Origin: Paraspadella gotoi
Taxonomy: Eukaryota > Animalia > Chaetognatha
Direction: 5' to 3'
Length of the DNA: 64,000 nt
NCBI GenBank assembly: GCA_051294375.1
Contig: CM119264.1
Coordinates: 23,910,002-23,974,001 of the forward strand
This document shows, in pieces, positions 1 through 13,391 of the stretch. Every line of letters starts with the position of its first letter. The first letter of the stretch is position 1. The position numbers were made by a program, and so were the translations under genes. The notes beneath the pieces are model-generated. The model was not told where the DNA came from, made no database searches, and saw nothing but the letters and a program-made list of their open reading frames with translations.

Positions 1-227
1 ATGTTAGAAAGAGACAGAAAGAGTAAGAGAAAAAGAAAGGCGAGAAATAAAAAAGATCGCAAACACCATGGGATGTTGCTACGTGATACCATGATGCTTC
101 CTCCGGTCGTGAGGTCATCAGTGACCCGGTCTGACCTCTGGTGGCGGGACACAGGAGCCATCGCCCATCTAGCGGATAGAAAAAGGTGAAAGTGAGAGAG
201 AGAGAAGAGAGTGAGGAGGAAGAGACG

Positions 228-262
<35 letters not shown>

Positions 263-540
263 TGAGAGAAGAAGATATAAAGAGAAATGGAGGACGGATG
301 TAGGGAGAAAAGAGAGAAAGAGGAAAGTAGCAAGACAGAGCTCAAGACAGCCCAGGAGAGAGAGAGAGGAGAGAGGAAGGGAGAGGGAGGGAGAGAGGAG
401 AGAGAGAGAGAGAGAGAGAGAGGAAGGGGAGAGTTCCAGAGGAAGAGAACGAACTATCGCGAATTCTTAATGGGAGTGAAATTTTTTCACGGAGTCGCGA
501 GAGCTTACGCGAGCGAAACTGAGAGAGAGAGAGAGATGAG

Positions 541-597
<57 letters not shown>

Positions 598-599
598 GG

Positions 600-666
<67 letters not shown>

Positions 667-1652
667 TGAGAGAGAGAGAGAGAGGAGAGAGAGAGAAAGG
701 AATGTGTGTGTGCTCTGGTTGTTCCTTCTTTCCGTTGAACAAGAAAAACAAATAAAAGGACGGATTTTCTCTCTTTTTTCTTTTTGCTTCTTTGAAAAAG
801 TGAAAAAAGGGAGAAAAGACCAAAAGGGATATGTAGTATCATTTCATAAGTCTAAAATGTATTTGCAGTCGAAATACTGCATTATTATATATCTAAGCAA
901 TAACAAAAATTTGGTTTCTGTTTACTTAAATGCATGAGACGAACAAAAGAACAAAAGAAGATGGTGTTCAAAGGACGCAGCTATTTTTGTTCCCGTCCTT
1001 TACAAGATGGAGTCCTGGAGTCTCCTACGGCGATGTAATTTCTTTCTTTTTCGTTTTTCTTTTCCTTTTTTCCTTATTTTCTTTTTTTCTTTCTCATTTT
1101 CACTTAATATTCTTTTTTTTCTCTTCTTTCTTTCTTTTCACTCTTTCTCTGTCTTTTTATTTCAACCCTTCTTTCTATTATTTGGACTATTTCTTTCCTT
1201 CTTTCTTTCTTTTCTCCTTTTCTTTCTGTCCCGCTGCTTTGGAAAATCACCCACCCACCGGCGGCCAGTCTTTTTTTCTTCTCCATCTTTTCTTGACATT
1301 TTCATCCCATCTCCATCAACCATCAACCAGAGTCGCCCTACAAAACCCAGCAACATCAAAAGTCGCCCTATAACCGACGTCGCGATTTTTCTTCAGACAA
1401 TTTCGCCTCTCTCTCCCTCTCTCTCTCTCTCTCTATCTCTCCATGTCTCCTTCTCACTGTTTGTTGTTACAACATTAGCCTCAGTTTCTGTCGTTTAAAT
1501 CATCTAATTGCGCGCATGCTCTCTGCCTCTCTCGCTCTTTCGCTCTCTCTTTCTCTCAGTCTCTCTGTCTCTCTCGCCCCCGAGTCTCTACCTCCTTTGC
1601 TCCGCCACGAGATAGGAAGAGAATTATTAATGGCGCCGGCGAACGAGAGAGA

Positions 1653-2203
1653 TCCAAATATCAGCGATTTTTCCCTTGACTTCTCTTCATATCAGTTCAA
1701 GATCTAATTCATGGAATCCAGATAATGTGGCCCTTGTTGAAAGTCTTCCAGAGGATAACGACCCCAACGCCTAAGTAACACACTCCGCAATCAAAATAGA
1801 GCTCATACATCGCATATGGTCGTTCATAAATTATATATATGAATAGAAACAATTTAAAGATCATTAAGGGACAAGTTTTAAGTCAGAACTTGCATCTGTA
1901 CGTGAAACCATACTTTCGCGATATTTGTTGTTTGTAACATCAACTTTAAATCTTGTTTTAAGTTAGTTATAATCAAGATGATAACCATACTAATTGGACG
2001 AATCCAAACCAATGTTCCCCGGTTTCTCTCTCTCTCTCGCTCCTTCTCTTCTCCCCTCCACACACACACCGGCGGAATTCTCCAAGATCGACGCCGGGCG
2101 AAGGTGCCGCTCTGGTTTCCGGTGGAACGGGGTTACAAATTTTGGCGCGCGCCACAGGGGTGGGAGGGGAGGGCTCCANNNNNNNNNNNNNNNNNNNNNN
2201 NNN

Positions 2204-2240
<37 letters not shown>

Positions 2241-2614
2241 GGGAAACATTGGTTTGGATTCCGTCCAATTAGTATGGTTATCATCTTGATTATAACTAAC
2301 TTAAAACAAGATTTAAAGTTGACGTTACAAACAACAAAATATCGCGAACGTATGGTTTTCACGTACAGATGCAAAGTTCTGACTTAAAACTTGTCCCCTT
2401 AAATGATCTTAAATTGTTCTATTCATATATATAAATTTATGAACGACATATATGCTATGTATGATGCTCTATTTTGATTGCAGGAGAGTTTTACTTAGGC
2501 GTGGGGTCGTTATCCTCTGGAAGACTTTCAACCAAGGGCCACATTATCTGGATTTCATGAATTAGATCTTGAACTGATATGAAGAGAAGTCAAGGGGAAA
2601 AATCGATATTTGGA
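1653..2614. repeat. ~390-bp inverted duplication around a 25-N gap
   Basis: 1653-2038 is the reverse complement of ~2222-2614 with mostly small indel differences; N run at 2179-2203. Confidence 0.9.
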
Positions 2615-2697
2615 ATCAATAGATTTCCGATTACGAAAACAGATGCGCGCGCAGATCCGCATTGCATCGTCGAATTTGCGTATTAGAGGCTTCCTTT

Positions 2698-2808
<111 letters not shown>

Positions 2809-3237
2809 TCAAAGAAGCCTTTTTTAGCTTCCCATACACGTTTCGCCGCCGACACATTGACCTCACCCTTTCTCTCCTCTTCCCTTACCTGCCTTTTCTC
2901 GTACGATGAATTGACCTCACTTTTTCTTTGGTAGTCCCTTACTTTTCTTTTTTATTATCTACTACGAATGCTGCTTATCAGCTTAGATCTGCTCTCGCAG
3001 TTAGCTCCCGGCTTGTTTACAAATTGAATCTACAGCCTTAAAAAATTGGACCACACTTTACAGTTTAAAATTTAAAGTTTTTAATAATAGTATGGTATAA
3101 TATATTATAGTATTCCCTTTGAAATCTCTTTATCTTTATCATTTCGTTCTGTAAGACTTACATTTTCTTGTATTCTATATTTATTTCCAATTTCAATAGT
3201 ATTGAGTATCTATAAAAAACATAGAATTTGTAATTTA

Positions 3238-3335
3238 AAATTGGTACAACCAATGTAAAACTGATCTATTCAGTTAATAAATAAGTTATCTTGCCCTTGA
3301 CTTTGGACAGGCTTTGGTGGTTTAAGGCCTCCATC
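3238..3335 (+). repeat. Dispersed ~90-bp repeat family
   Basis: aaattggtacaaccaat...aataaataagttatcttgcccttgactttggacaggctttgg; copies at ~24095-24184 (-), ~24310-24405 (+), ~40234-40314 (-), partial ~51477-51513 (+). Confidence 0.85.
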
Positions 3336-3880
3336 AATTTTAATGAATATTTTAAAATATAATACTTAAAATAGTGAAACAAGTAATTTTAAAATTTTCA
3401 TAAACAGTCTACATACATTTACATTTAGATGAACTGTTTTTAATTCATTAATTATACGATAATAATGTAATTTAATGTAAAAAACTTAATTGTCCTGGTC
3501 ATTACTATTTGTACTGCTTAAAAGATTTAGAAATCAATTATGTTGAGAGCCACGGGAATTTATCTCTCTCTCTCTCCCCCCCCCCTCTTTCTCTCTCTCT
3601 CTCACTTTGGGAGACGGTCATCAGTCTTTCTCTCACGGATTCGCCTTGAAGCGACAAACTGTGATCGATTGTGAAGGAAAGGGAATCCTTGACTCCATCT
3701 CACTTTTTTTTTTTTGCTGTAGCGCTGTATTCTTGACTCCATCTCTAACCTTTTCGACTTTAACACAGTATTCTTGATGCTTGATTTTTATAAATGAGCT
3801 GTAAAACCTTTTCCAGACTCCATCTCTCTCAAACCAATTTGTTGATAAACTTTTTTTTCTACATTATTGTCGGCTCCCTC

Positions 3881-3916
<36 letters not shown>

Positions 3917-5671
3917 TCTCTATCTTTCTCTCTCTCTCCCGCTGTAGCGCTTTGTCTCGCTATTTCCGTCGCGCTCCGATAAAAAAGACTTTGATTGAGC
4001 GCTTCTTCGCCAAAGCGGCTCGGTTGTTGTGTTGTTGTTCTTGCAAAGCGTTGGAGGTGAACGACCTGCTCTCTTGGGAAAATACAACGAGTACAAAACG
4101 TTACTATTGGATATTCCAGGTTCCAGCTTCTCTTTCTATTATTAAATGAATATGTTTAAATTCATGTCTATTATTCTAAATCAATTTCATCAAATCATGT
4201 GTTCACGTAATCCACAGAGCAAAACACTGAAATATTAAAAGACAGCTCTTTTTACTGACCATAAACTGCAGTCACGATTAACAATTAAAAATTTGCAATT
4301 TTTTTTGACGTCTCCTTTGACGTCATTTCTTTCGATCGAGACGATGCTCGTCCAAAGAGTATATATGTTTTATTATAATGACATTAAAGCGATTAATATC
4401 TCCAAAAAGACCCGTAGAAATTGATTTCGTCCCGGCTATCGTAGTCACGTTTAACCAAAGGTAAAAATAATAAGCATCAAGAGGGCAAGAGAGACTCAGA
4501 CATAACCTTTTCTTCACTTAGTAAAAAGAAAAAGTAAAAATAGTTTTCCAAAAACGGTTCGAGTTTTTGTGTGTGGCAAAAAAGGTGTGGGAGGTTTTTG
4601 GCAAATTCGAGTTTCAAAAGGTGAAACCCAAGTTAGAATCTTTTCTCCTCACATTTTTAAATTCCAAGAACGAAAAGGAGACCTGGTGGATTTTTCGAGA
4701 TGCGACTTCTTTTGGCAAATTTGAGCGTTCGCTTCTTTTCTTTTGTTTTTCCTTTTAGTTTTAAATAGGATTAAATAAAATAAATAAAATTAAATAAACA
4801 AGCAAGTAAGTAAATATAAAGATAAATATAAAGAATTAGAGGCGGAAGAGTTAAAGCCAAAAAATTATATTAAAGTGAAGTTTTATGTGAGAACAACAAC
4901 GACAAAAACTTCACATTTGACAAAAATTCATCCAGTGTCGGCAGCAGAACGCCAACGGAAACGTCAGCGGCAGCAGCAGCAGCAGCAACAGCAGGAATCT
5001 AAAAACGAAAGAAAAATCGTAATCATGACGACAACAAAATTAATGACGAAAACGAGGAAAAAAAAATTGAAGTTCTCTTGTTTGGCCGTCGCGTCGTCGA
5101 AAACAGATCCGATGAAATTATTAATAGATTGACGAAACAGCGCCGCCGCCACCGCCGCCGCCGCCGCCGCAGAAAACGCAGCAGCCGACGCAGCCGATGT
5201 CGCTGAAATTAATTTAGTTTAAAAAATGGGTACACTATACTATTATGTCTTTTGGTCGTTGTTTGGTATCTAAAAAAAAATGAAACAATCGGTGTTGATG
5301 ACAACGACGACAACGACGACAACGACGACGACAACGAGAACACGAACAACGATGAAGATGATGATGATGATGATGATGATGAAGATGACGACGAAGACGG
5401 CGAGAAGGAACAACAATAAAATTAAAAGATGATATAAGTCTGAAGAAGCTCGATAAGTTTTTGTCTCCAATCCATTCCAAAACATAATCGAATCTGAAAT
5501 GAGAGAGAAGAGAGAGAGAGAGAGAGATGAGAGGAAGAGAAGATGGAAGAGTGTAGAAAACGATTTGTTAATTATTTTCCTTATCTTTATTTTAATCGTC
5601 ACACAGACTCAGGTAAAAAAAATGAAACAACAGGCTAACAACGGACTGACAGACCGCACGGAGAGTAATAG

Positions 5672-5677
<6 letters not shown>

Positions 5678-5724
<47 letters not shown>

Positions 5725-5890
5725 AGAGAACAGAGAAAAAGAGAGAGAGCATAAGAGAGGAGAGAGAGAGAGAAAAGAGAGACAGAAGACAGAGACAGAA
5801 AAAAGACAGAGACAAACGAGAGAGAGAGAAGAGAGAGAGAGAGAGAGGAAGAGAGAGAGAGTGAACAGAGAAAGAGAGAGAGAGTGGAGG

Positions 5891-5926
<36 letters not shown>

Positions 5927-5955
5927 AGAGAAAGAAAAAAGACAAGACAGAGAGA

Positions 5956-6015
<60 letters not shown>

Positions 6016-6019
6016 AGAC

Positions 6020-6067
<48 letters not shown>

Positions 6068-6078
6068 GAGAGAGAGAA

Positions 6079-6121
<43 letters not shown>

Positions 6122-6140
6122 AAGAAGACAGAGACAAGAA

Positions 6141-6185
<45 letters not shown>

Positions 6186-6190
6186 GAGAC

Positions 6191-6261
<71 letters not shown>

Positions 6262-6274
6262 AAAAGACAGAGAC

Positions 6275-6342
<68 letters not shown>

Positions 6343-6365
6343 GAGAGAGAGAGACAGAGACAGAG
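5678..6365 (+). repeat. Long interrupted (GA)n microsatellite, representative of many (e.g. 190-700, 2704-2802, 11940-12121, 29175-29406, 37854-37985, 43926-44031)
   Basis: Directly visible; source of the RERE/SLSL ORFs. Confidence 0.98.
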
Positions 6366-9175
6366 TGACGGCTCTCTTCGCGCGACGGCAGATCTTCTCG
6401 AGCGTAAAAGTGGAATTCTTCCAAAATTCCGCCAAAAAGGCGAAAATGTTTTCGTGATGAATTATGTACCAATTGGTTCTTTTGTTTCCTTTTTTTTTTC
6501 CTTATTTTATTCGTTTGAATATTTTTAAGAACATTTGAGCCATGAAAATAAAAAAATTTAGATTAAAACAGAGAGCTTTCATTCTTATCACGTTTTCGCC
6601 ATCAAAACCACTATAATACAATCATATGTTGAAGACTCTCTCTCTTTCTCTTTCTGTCTCTCTCTCTGTCTCTCTCGCTCTCTGCATGTACATTAAATCA
6701 GTTAAAAAACCCAATATTGGGCCAATCGTGAAGCTCCCAATGTCTTTGACCTCGACATTGGGCCAGGATTTATTCGGAGACCCTTTTGTTTTTGTTTTGT
6801 TGTGAGGATGACGACCAGAAGAGCGCCATCTCTCCTCCCTTGTCCGAACCAAAGACAAGAAAAGCAACAGAGACATAAATCCACAGAAACGGTCGCGCCT
6901 TTCGATTATCGCCAAGAAGGTCAGCAAAGAGGGAGGGAGGGAGAGAGAGAAAAAGACAGAGAGAGCCTTAATGTTTATATTTTTCTTCGTTGGTTTGTAA
7001 TTTGTAATTTTGTAACTTGCATCGCACTTAGACTTTTCACTTCACTTCGCAGTAAAAAAAAAATCAAGAGGCTGTTTACGCCGCGTTTGAATAATTAGCA
7101 ATCTCAAACGCGCTTTCTCTCTTAAATCCGGGTCGACCAACACGCCTCCCTATTACATCCGGGTGTAAGAAAACGCAGTCTCTCATTTTCAAAATATCGT
7201 TCATTATTCAAACGCGAGAAGCGTGAGTAGAGAAACGTCAGCTGAGATCGACAGAGTAACATCTTCGTAGTTGAACAGATTTTCAAAATGATTATTCAAA
7301 TTTAGATTCGGATCAGTAAATTTTTGTTGTTTTTTCTAAATCAGTGAAAATAAAACTGGGACAACTGTTTTGCCTTTGTTTCCTTTTAGTTCAACTTTAT
7401 TTTTATTCGTCCTTTTAAACTTTTGCACGGTTCTGTTTTTTTTTCCCCTTTCATTCCTTTTCCCCTTTTTTTCGCTTCCTCGTTTTCTTCTTTCTTTTTC
7501 TTATCTACTCTTATTCTTTCTATCTTTGTTATTTCCTTTTTTTTTCTGTATCTCTTAAGTTTTTTCTTGATCGTGAAATCTGGACCGCCATTTTTTACTG
7601 TGTTGACATTTCTTTCAAAATTTAAGATTAGTTTTTCTATTGAAATGTTTTTTCTGTTTCTCGGAGAGTTTTCTTTAAAAAAATTGGTATCGATATAAAA
7701 AAAATTTTAGTCGCTTTCATAGAGTTTAAAACATAGTTTAGCAAACATTCAATTACTTATAAAAAAAGTAAAAATTAAGATTGAAATGATCAAAAACGTA
7801 AAGTTAGTTCCAACATTTATTACCACTCTTTTCACAAATTAAGAAAATCATCCAAAATCAGAAACGCACAAATTCTCAGTTAATAAAAACAAGTAGAAAT
7901 TCCCCGATACCAAAAAAATTCTTCTCGATATACAGATGCAGATGCAAAGACTAGAAATTACATCTCGACTCCGAGATTCGCAGATGCGCAGAGGATTTCC
8001 TCGATTTGTTTGCGCAGATTGTTTTGGTGCAGGAAACGTCGCTTCTAACGACTTCCCCAGAATTTCTTTCTTATTTCTTCTTTAATTCTATTTTTGAGCT
8101 AAGAGGGAGAGAAGAGGGAGAGAGAGAGGGGGGGGAGAGAGAGAAAGAGCGAAACAGCTGCGTAGAACATATAAAGCTTCAAAACCACCATTCCGACTTA
8201 TATTCTTTAATTCTAATACTTTTTTTTTTCTTCGACGATAACTTACGATTTGTACGTCACAGCTGTGTTATAATCAATTTTTTGGTGACCATTCCTCTTG
8301 GTCCTTGTGCCTTCGCCACCAACTGACCACTCGACCCGCTCATCCTCTAATTCCACCTCCACCACCGCCACCATCCAAACCAAAACCAAAGGATGCTCTC
8401 CGCCGAGATTCTCGATTCCTTCGTCGCTGAAGAAAACATAACTCAGTTCATCCAGTTTCGCTTTTCGCCCTCGGAATCAGTATTCCCAAGCTCGTGTTTT
8501 TCTCCCTTTTAATTTATCGCTCTCTTTCTCTCTCTCTCTCTCTCTGTCTTTCTATCCCTGTCTCTGTCGCTCTCTTTCCTTCTCCTTTCATCACTCTTTC
8601 TGTCGCCTGTAAACTATGACCATTTACGTAATTAAACTGAATTTCGTCACATTAGATTTTATTAACTTAATAAAACACCAGGTAAAGCAAAATCCATTCA
8701 TTTTTTTTTCTTAAAGGGCACGTTAATGCGACAAAGTACAATTATAAAATTATTAAATGTTTTAAGAATGTTACGTTTCGACCTCCAACTTGTAAGTTAG
8801 TTCAACCATTATGAAATTCAAAGTAAGTAAAAATATTTTGTAATAAATTTTTGGCTTTTCTTGTTTTTTCACTGTCATATTGTAGTTTCATAAAAAAAAA
8901 TATTTAAGCAATAAACGTTTTTAAGGTTTAGTAATTATAGTTAAAACTTTATATTCATAATTTTAAACAAGGGCGCAAGTAAAATATCAAGACTATTCTT
9001 TCAAAAAAAATTATACGAATGTTTTTCGACAATCACCAATGTAAACACGATTAACAAAGGTCTGTGAATGTTTTTTCTTCCATTTCTCTATTTTAATATA
9101 GGTTTTTTATTTTTTCAACCTTAAAAGTTACAATTTTATTATAATATATATGATATATAATATATATTACAATAT

Positions 9176-9319
9176 TTATCTTTCAACTAGATGTCGCTTT
9201 CGACCTCCAAATTTCGCAAACTTGCCACCGATTGGTTTGTAATCGACGTCGCGGTCCATGATCAGCGACGCCAAGACCAAAAGCGTCATCAGCAGCAGAA
9301 GGCATTTCCTCGAAGCCAT
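9176..9319 (-). CDS. Putative small secreted peptide precursor, 47 aa (neuropeptide- or antimicrobial-peptide-like)
   Basis: MASRKCLLLLMTLLVLASLIMDRDVDYKPIGGKFAKFGGRKRHLVER*: basic n-region, hydrophobic h-region, G-RKR amidation/convertase signal. ATG directly follows an acceptor-like tttccctttcattcag; GC-rich island in AT-rich DNA. Too short for the supplied ORF track. Confidence 0.55.
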   Translation of the reverse strand: MASRKCLLLLMTLLVLASLIMDRDVDYKPIGGKFAKFGGRKRHLVER

Positions 9320-10179
9320 CTGAATGAAAGGGAGGAAATAAAAACTCTTTGGGAGGAAGAGGGTTGAGCCCTACCGTTTTCCTTTCTCATATTGTAAAAG
9401 AAATAAGCAGGAAGAAATCAGTGTTACAAAGCTGATGCGCTCATAAAACGGGAAATCGCCAACAATTTCGCCCACACAAATCATCTTCGCCGTAAAGTCA
9501 AATCATTTAGTATGTTTGTAGATTCGATACTTAAACTCTTAGATCTATATGCGAAACTACTTGTTCACTTCGACGCATGGTTTGGTAACCGCTTTGAGAT
9601 ACAATGATATAGGTCACTGCTGCAAAGCAGTCACGGAGGGTCGAATGACCTGGGCCAAGTGACACAGGTATTCTCCCGGTCGTTGCCATCCTTTTTTATG
9701 TTGTCAAGGAAAGTCAAATACAGAGAAACCAGTTTTTGGAGTCGAGAAAAAAAAACCCGTAAAATGTTTCAAGCTATGAAAGAAAAAAAAACTTTAAATT
9801 TTAATGAACATGAAAGTTCATAAAAATAATAATAATAATAATAATAATAAAAAGTTAGCGCTAATTTTGACGCCGAAAAAATATAGGAGAATTATGAAAA
9901 TCCACTGTCACAAATTGCCCCGGTGTATTTGGGGATCAGCGCTAAAAATTCATCCTAAGACCATTACTGGCCAATAAAATTATTCGAGGCTCCTAAACAC
10001 TTAAGCATTCAGTTGTTGTAGTCACTTTGACGGACAAAAATAAATACATCTGCGCCTTATAACACGAGTCTTTCTTCAAGTCTGTAGTGTCATTAACTTT
10101 TTTCTTTTCGCGTCTTTTATGTTCATTTGTGATTAGCGACGCCCGAATCTCTCTCGCTCTCTTTCGCTTTCGCTTTCGT

Positions 10180-10262
<83 letters not shown>

Positions 10263-11992
10263 GCGATGATTAACTTGTTTGGCAAGAAATTAATGTTGTT
10301 GCTGCGAACGAATTTGATTACATCGAAGAGATAATTATTGAAGGGATGTATCTCCTTTCTTGGTCTCAACTGAAGAGAACTTGTTTCACACGTTCATATA
10401 AGCTTGAATATTTGTATTTTATCATTTTAATTATTTCATTATAAAAGCACGATATCATTTTAGCTCGTTATGTAGAGGAAAAACGCCTTTTAAAAAGCCT
10501 TTTAAAAAATTGTGTTCAACTATGTTTCAATCTGTTAATTTCTTTATATATTTTTATGGAAGAAAAAGAAGAAAAAAACACGAAGTCACTTTCGCTCCAT
10601 GAATTGTTTTTAAAAAGTGACTTTTTTGGGTTTTTCTTTTCTGAAATGTATACTTTACAAGTTTACTTTCTTCTGTCATAGCTTTTCTTTTTCTCTCTTC
10701 TTTCCTTTTTTCTGTCTTCGCTAATTAATTCGATCTTCGATGAAACCGAGAGGGAGAGGAACAGGAAGAAGGGGAGAGGAGCAGGAGAGGGAGAGCAGCA
10801 AGAGTTGAGGGAGAGGAGCAAATGGTGGAAGAAAGGAGTAAGAGAAGAGGGAGAGGAGGAGGAAAGGAAGAGGAGCAATAGGATAGGAAGAGGAGTAAGC
10901 GGAAAAGGAAAGTAGGAGGAAAGAAAAAATCTTTATATCAAAAAGTAGTAAACGGTGAAACTGTTTAGATTAGTACATTATAAACAAAACAGCGATCATT
11001 TTTGGTCCTTCCTATCGTCCCTGTCCTTTCCCCTATCCTTTCCCCTATCCATTCCCTATCCTTTCCCCTATCCTTTCCCCTTTTTCTCGTTCCCTTATTC
11101 CCGAATCGAATCGGAAATATCGTCCGAACCGAAGCGCAATTCCTTCGCTCTGCCGTCCACTTTCCTCCTTACCTTAACTTACTCGCCTTTCCAGCTAATC
11201 CCCTCATGAGCCCACCTCTCCAGCGTTTCCTCGTCCCCTACGATTAGACCCTGACAAGCATCCCGCCACAACGGGCCGAACTTGTCTAATTTCCCATTTC
11301 CCGTTCGCCCATCCTCCACCTCGGCCTCCCTCTTCCACCCCCCCACCGTGCCTCAGCATCGGACGGGTGTTAATCAGAGTCGCTCATTAATCAGCGATCA
11401 GTTCGACCGAAGCGCGTTGAGGCGGGGGGTGGCGACGGTTGGCATAGAAGGGAGAGGGGAACCAGGGGTGTGGAAGATGGCGAAAGGTGGTGAGAATCGG
11501 GTGGTGGAGAGTTGGAAGGGGTGGGGGTTGATATTGGTTGGTAGGGGTGGAGATATCGAAAGCTGCCTTGGGTGAATACATGGGTGATAGTAAACTAGCT
11601 CTGTTAGGGCCTTAATGTGGGGATTGATAGTCGGTGAAAGGGAAGGTAGGGAAAATGTAAGGAAGGGAGGTAGGGACCAGGGAGGTTAGGAAAATGAAGG
11701 AAAGGAGAAGAAAGGAAAGGAACGTAGGGGTGATTAAAAAAAAAGGAAGCAAACTAAAAGTGAGAAAAGCACAAGAATTCGAAATAAACCCGAAAAAAAA
11801 GGGAAAGAACTTGACTTTCACAATTATCGCAAACATCACAACTTAATTTACGTCTTGAGGGCCGATCTTATTAACGCGGGTTTTTCATTTGAAAATTTTA
11901 TTTCTTGAGCGGATGTAGAGGCACACGCTTGGAATTAAAGAGAGAGAGAGAGAGAGGAGGAGGAAGAGAAGAGAGAGAGAGAGAGAGGAGAG

Positions 11993-12036
<44 letters not shown>

Positions 12037-12089
12037 AGGAGGGAGGAGAGAGAGAGAGAGACGAAGAGAGAGAGAGGAGACGAGAGAAA

Positions 12090-12121
<32 letters not shown>

Positions 12122-12498
12122 AACTAATCTCCTCTCCCCCTCCCGATAAACAGTCCGCCCCCTACACCCAATTTTCGCTCAGTCAAGTTTTTCCTCTCCT
12201 CAGATTTCGTATTCGCGATCGTCAAACTTTTATCGTCCGCGTGGGAACAGGAATACATCGTCCGCTAGATGGCGTAGTAGACTTCATCTTTGGCGCTGAA
12301 TATCGAGCTGAATCTCAGGCTGAATATTATGAGCGAAATCGTAAATTCGCTCCAAATATCGCTATTGGCTCTTGGGCGTTAGGAAAGGTGGCTGGTGCCT
12401 TTCTCACCGATTCCGAGTGATTCGTGACTATTTGTAAAGTTTTACTTTATCTGGTGGCGTTGTAAAGGCGAAGATAACTACGAAGACGACGACGTCGG

Positions 12499-12577
<79 letters not shown>

Positions 12578-12840
12578 CGCCCTCCCGTGACTACGTAATA
12601 ACTTTCAACCTTCGTGGAATTCGACATTAATGGATTTTGATGAATTTTGACAAGATTCAAAGTTGATGAATTTTGGGAGGAGTTAAAAAGTAGAAAGAGA
12701 GATAGAAGGAAGGAAAGAAACAAATTTGAGGAAACAAAAAAGAAAGAAAGCCAAAAATGAGGAAAAAAACAATTTTAACAAAAGAAAAAGAAAAAGTTAA
12801 CAAGAGAAAGAAAAGAGAACGAATCGAAAAAAAAAACAAA

Positions 12841-12940
<100 letters not shown>

Positions 12941-13325
12941 AAAAAAGAAAGCCGGCGGATAGATTTTCGAAAGGTCAGGTCTCGATGAAATCTGACACCC
13001 TTCTCTTTCTTTGATCCCGCGTCCGATCTTTTCTTCTCTTTTCAGTTGCGCCTCCTTTTCTTCTCTGAGGGACCAACCTCTCTTTCCCATCCAAAACCTG
13101 GACTCGTTCTTTTTCTTTGCCTCGCCTTACTTTCTATTTATTCCTTATTTGAGACCTACATTGCTTTATATCCACATTTTTCACCTTGATGTACTTATAT
13201 GTAATCTACGCCCTTGTGAGATATTTCTCTCTTTTCTCTTGTTCTCATCCCTTTCCTTTCCTCCCTATTTGCTTTCCCCCCCTCACTCTTTTCCCACCCA
13301 AAATCCTTTTTCTCGCGATAGTTTT

Positions 13326-13391
13326 TGACGTCAGCCGGAGACGTGGTCACGTGAGTGGATCACGTGACCGCGTCACGATAAATCCGCGTCA
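13326..13391. promoter_or_regulatory. Cluster of a CRE and two extended E-boxes
   Basis: TGACGTCA 13326-13333; TCACGTGA 13347-13354 and 13360-13367; further CGTCA half sites. Confidence 0.35.

Noticed and set aside
1653-2614. Large hairpin as a MITE or hairpin-RNA locus
   Set aside because: Centred on a 25-N gap, arms differ by indels and no TSD was found; more likely a gap-filling or chimeric-read artefact.
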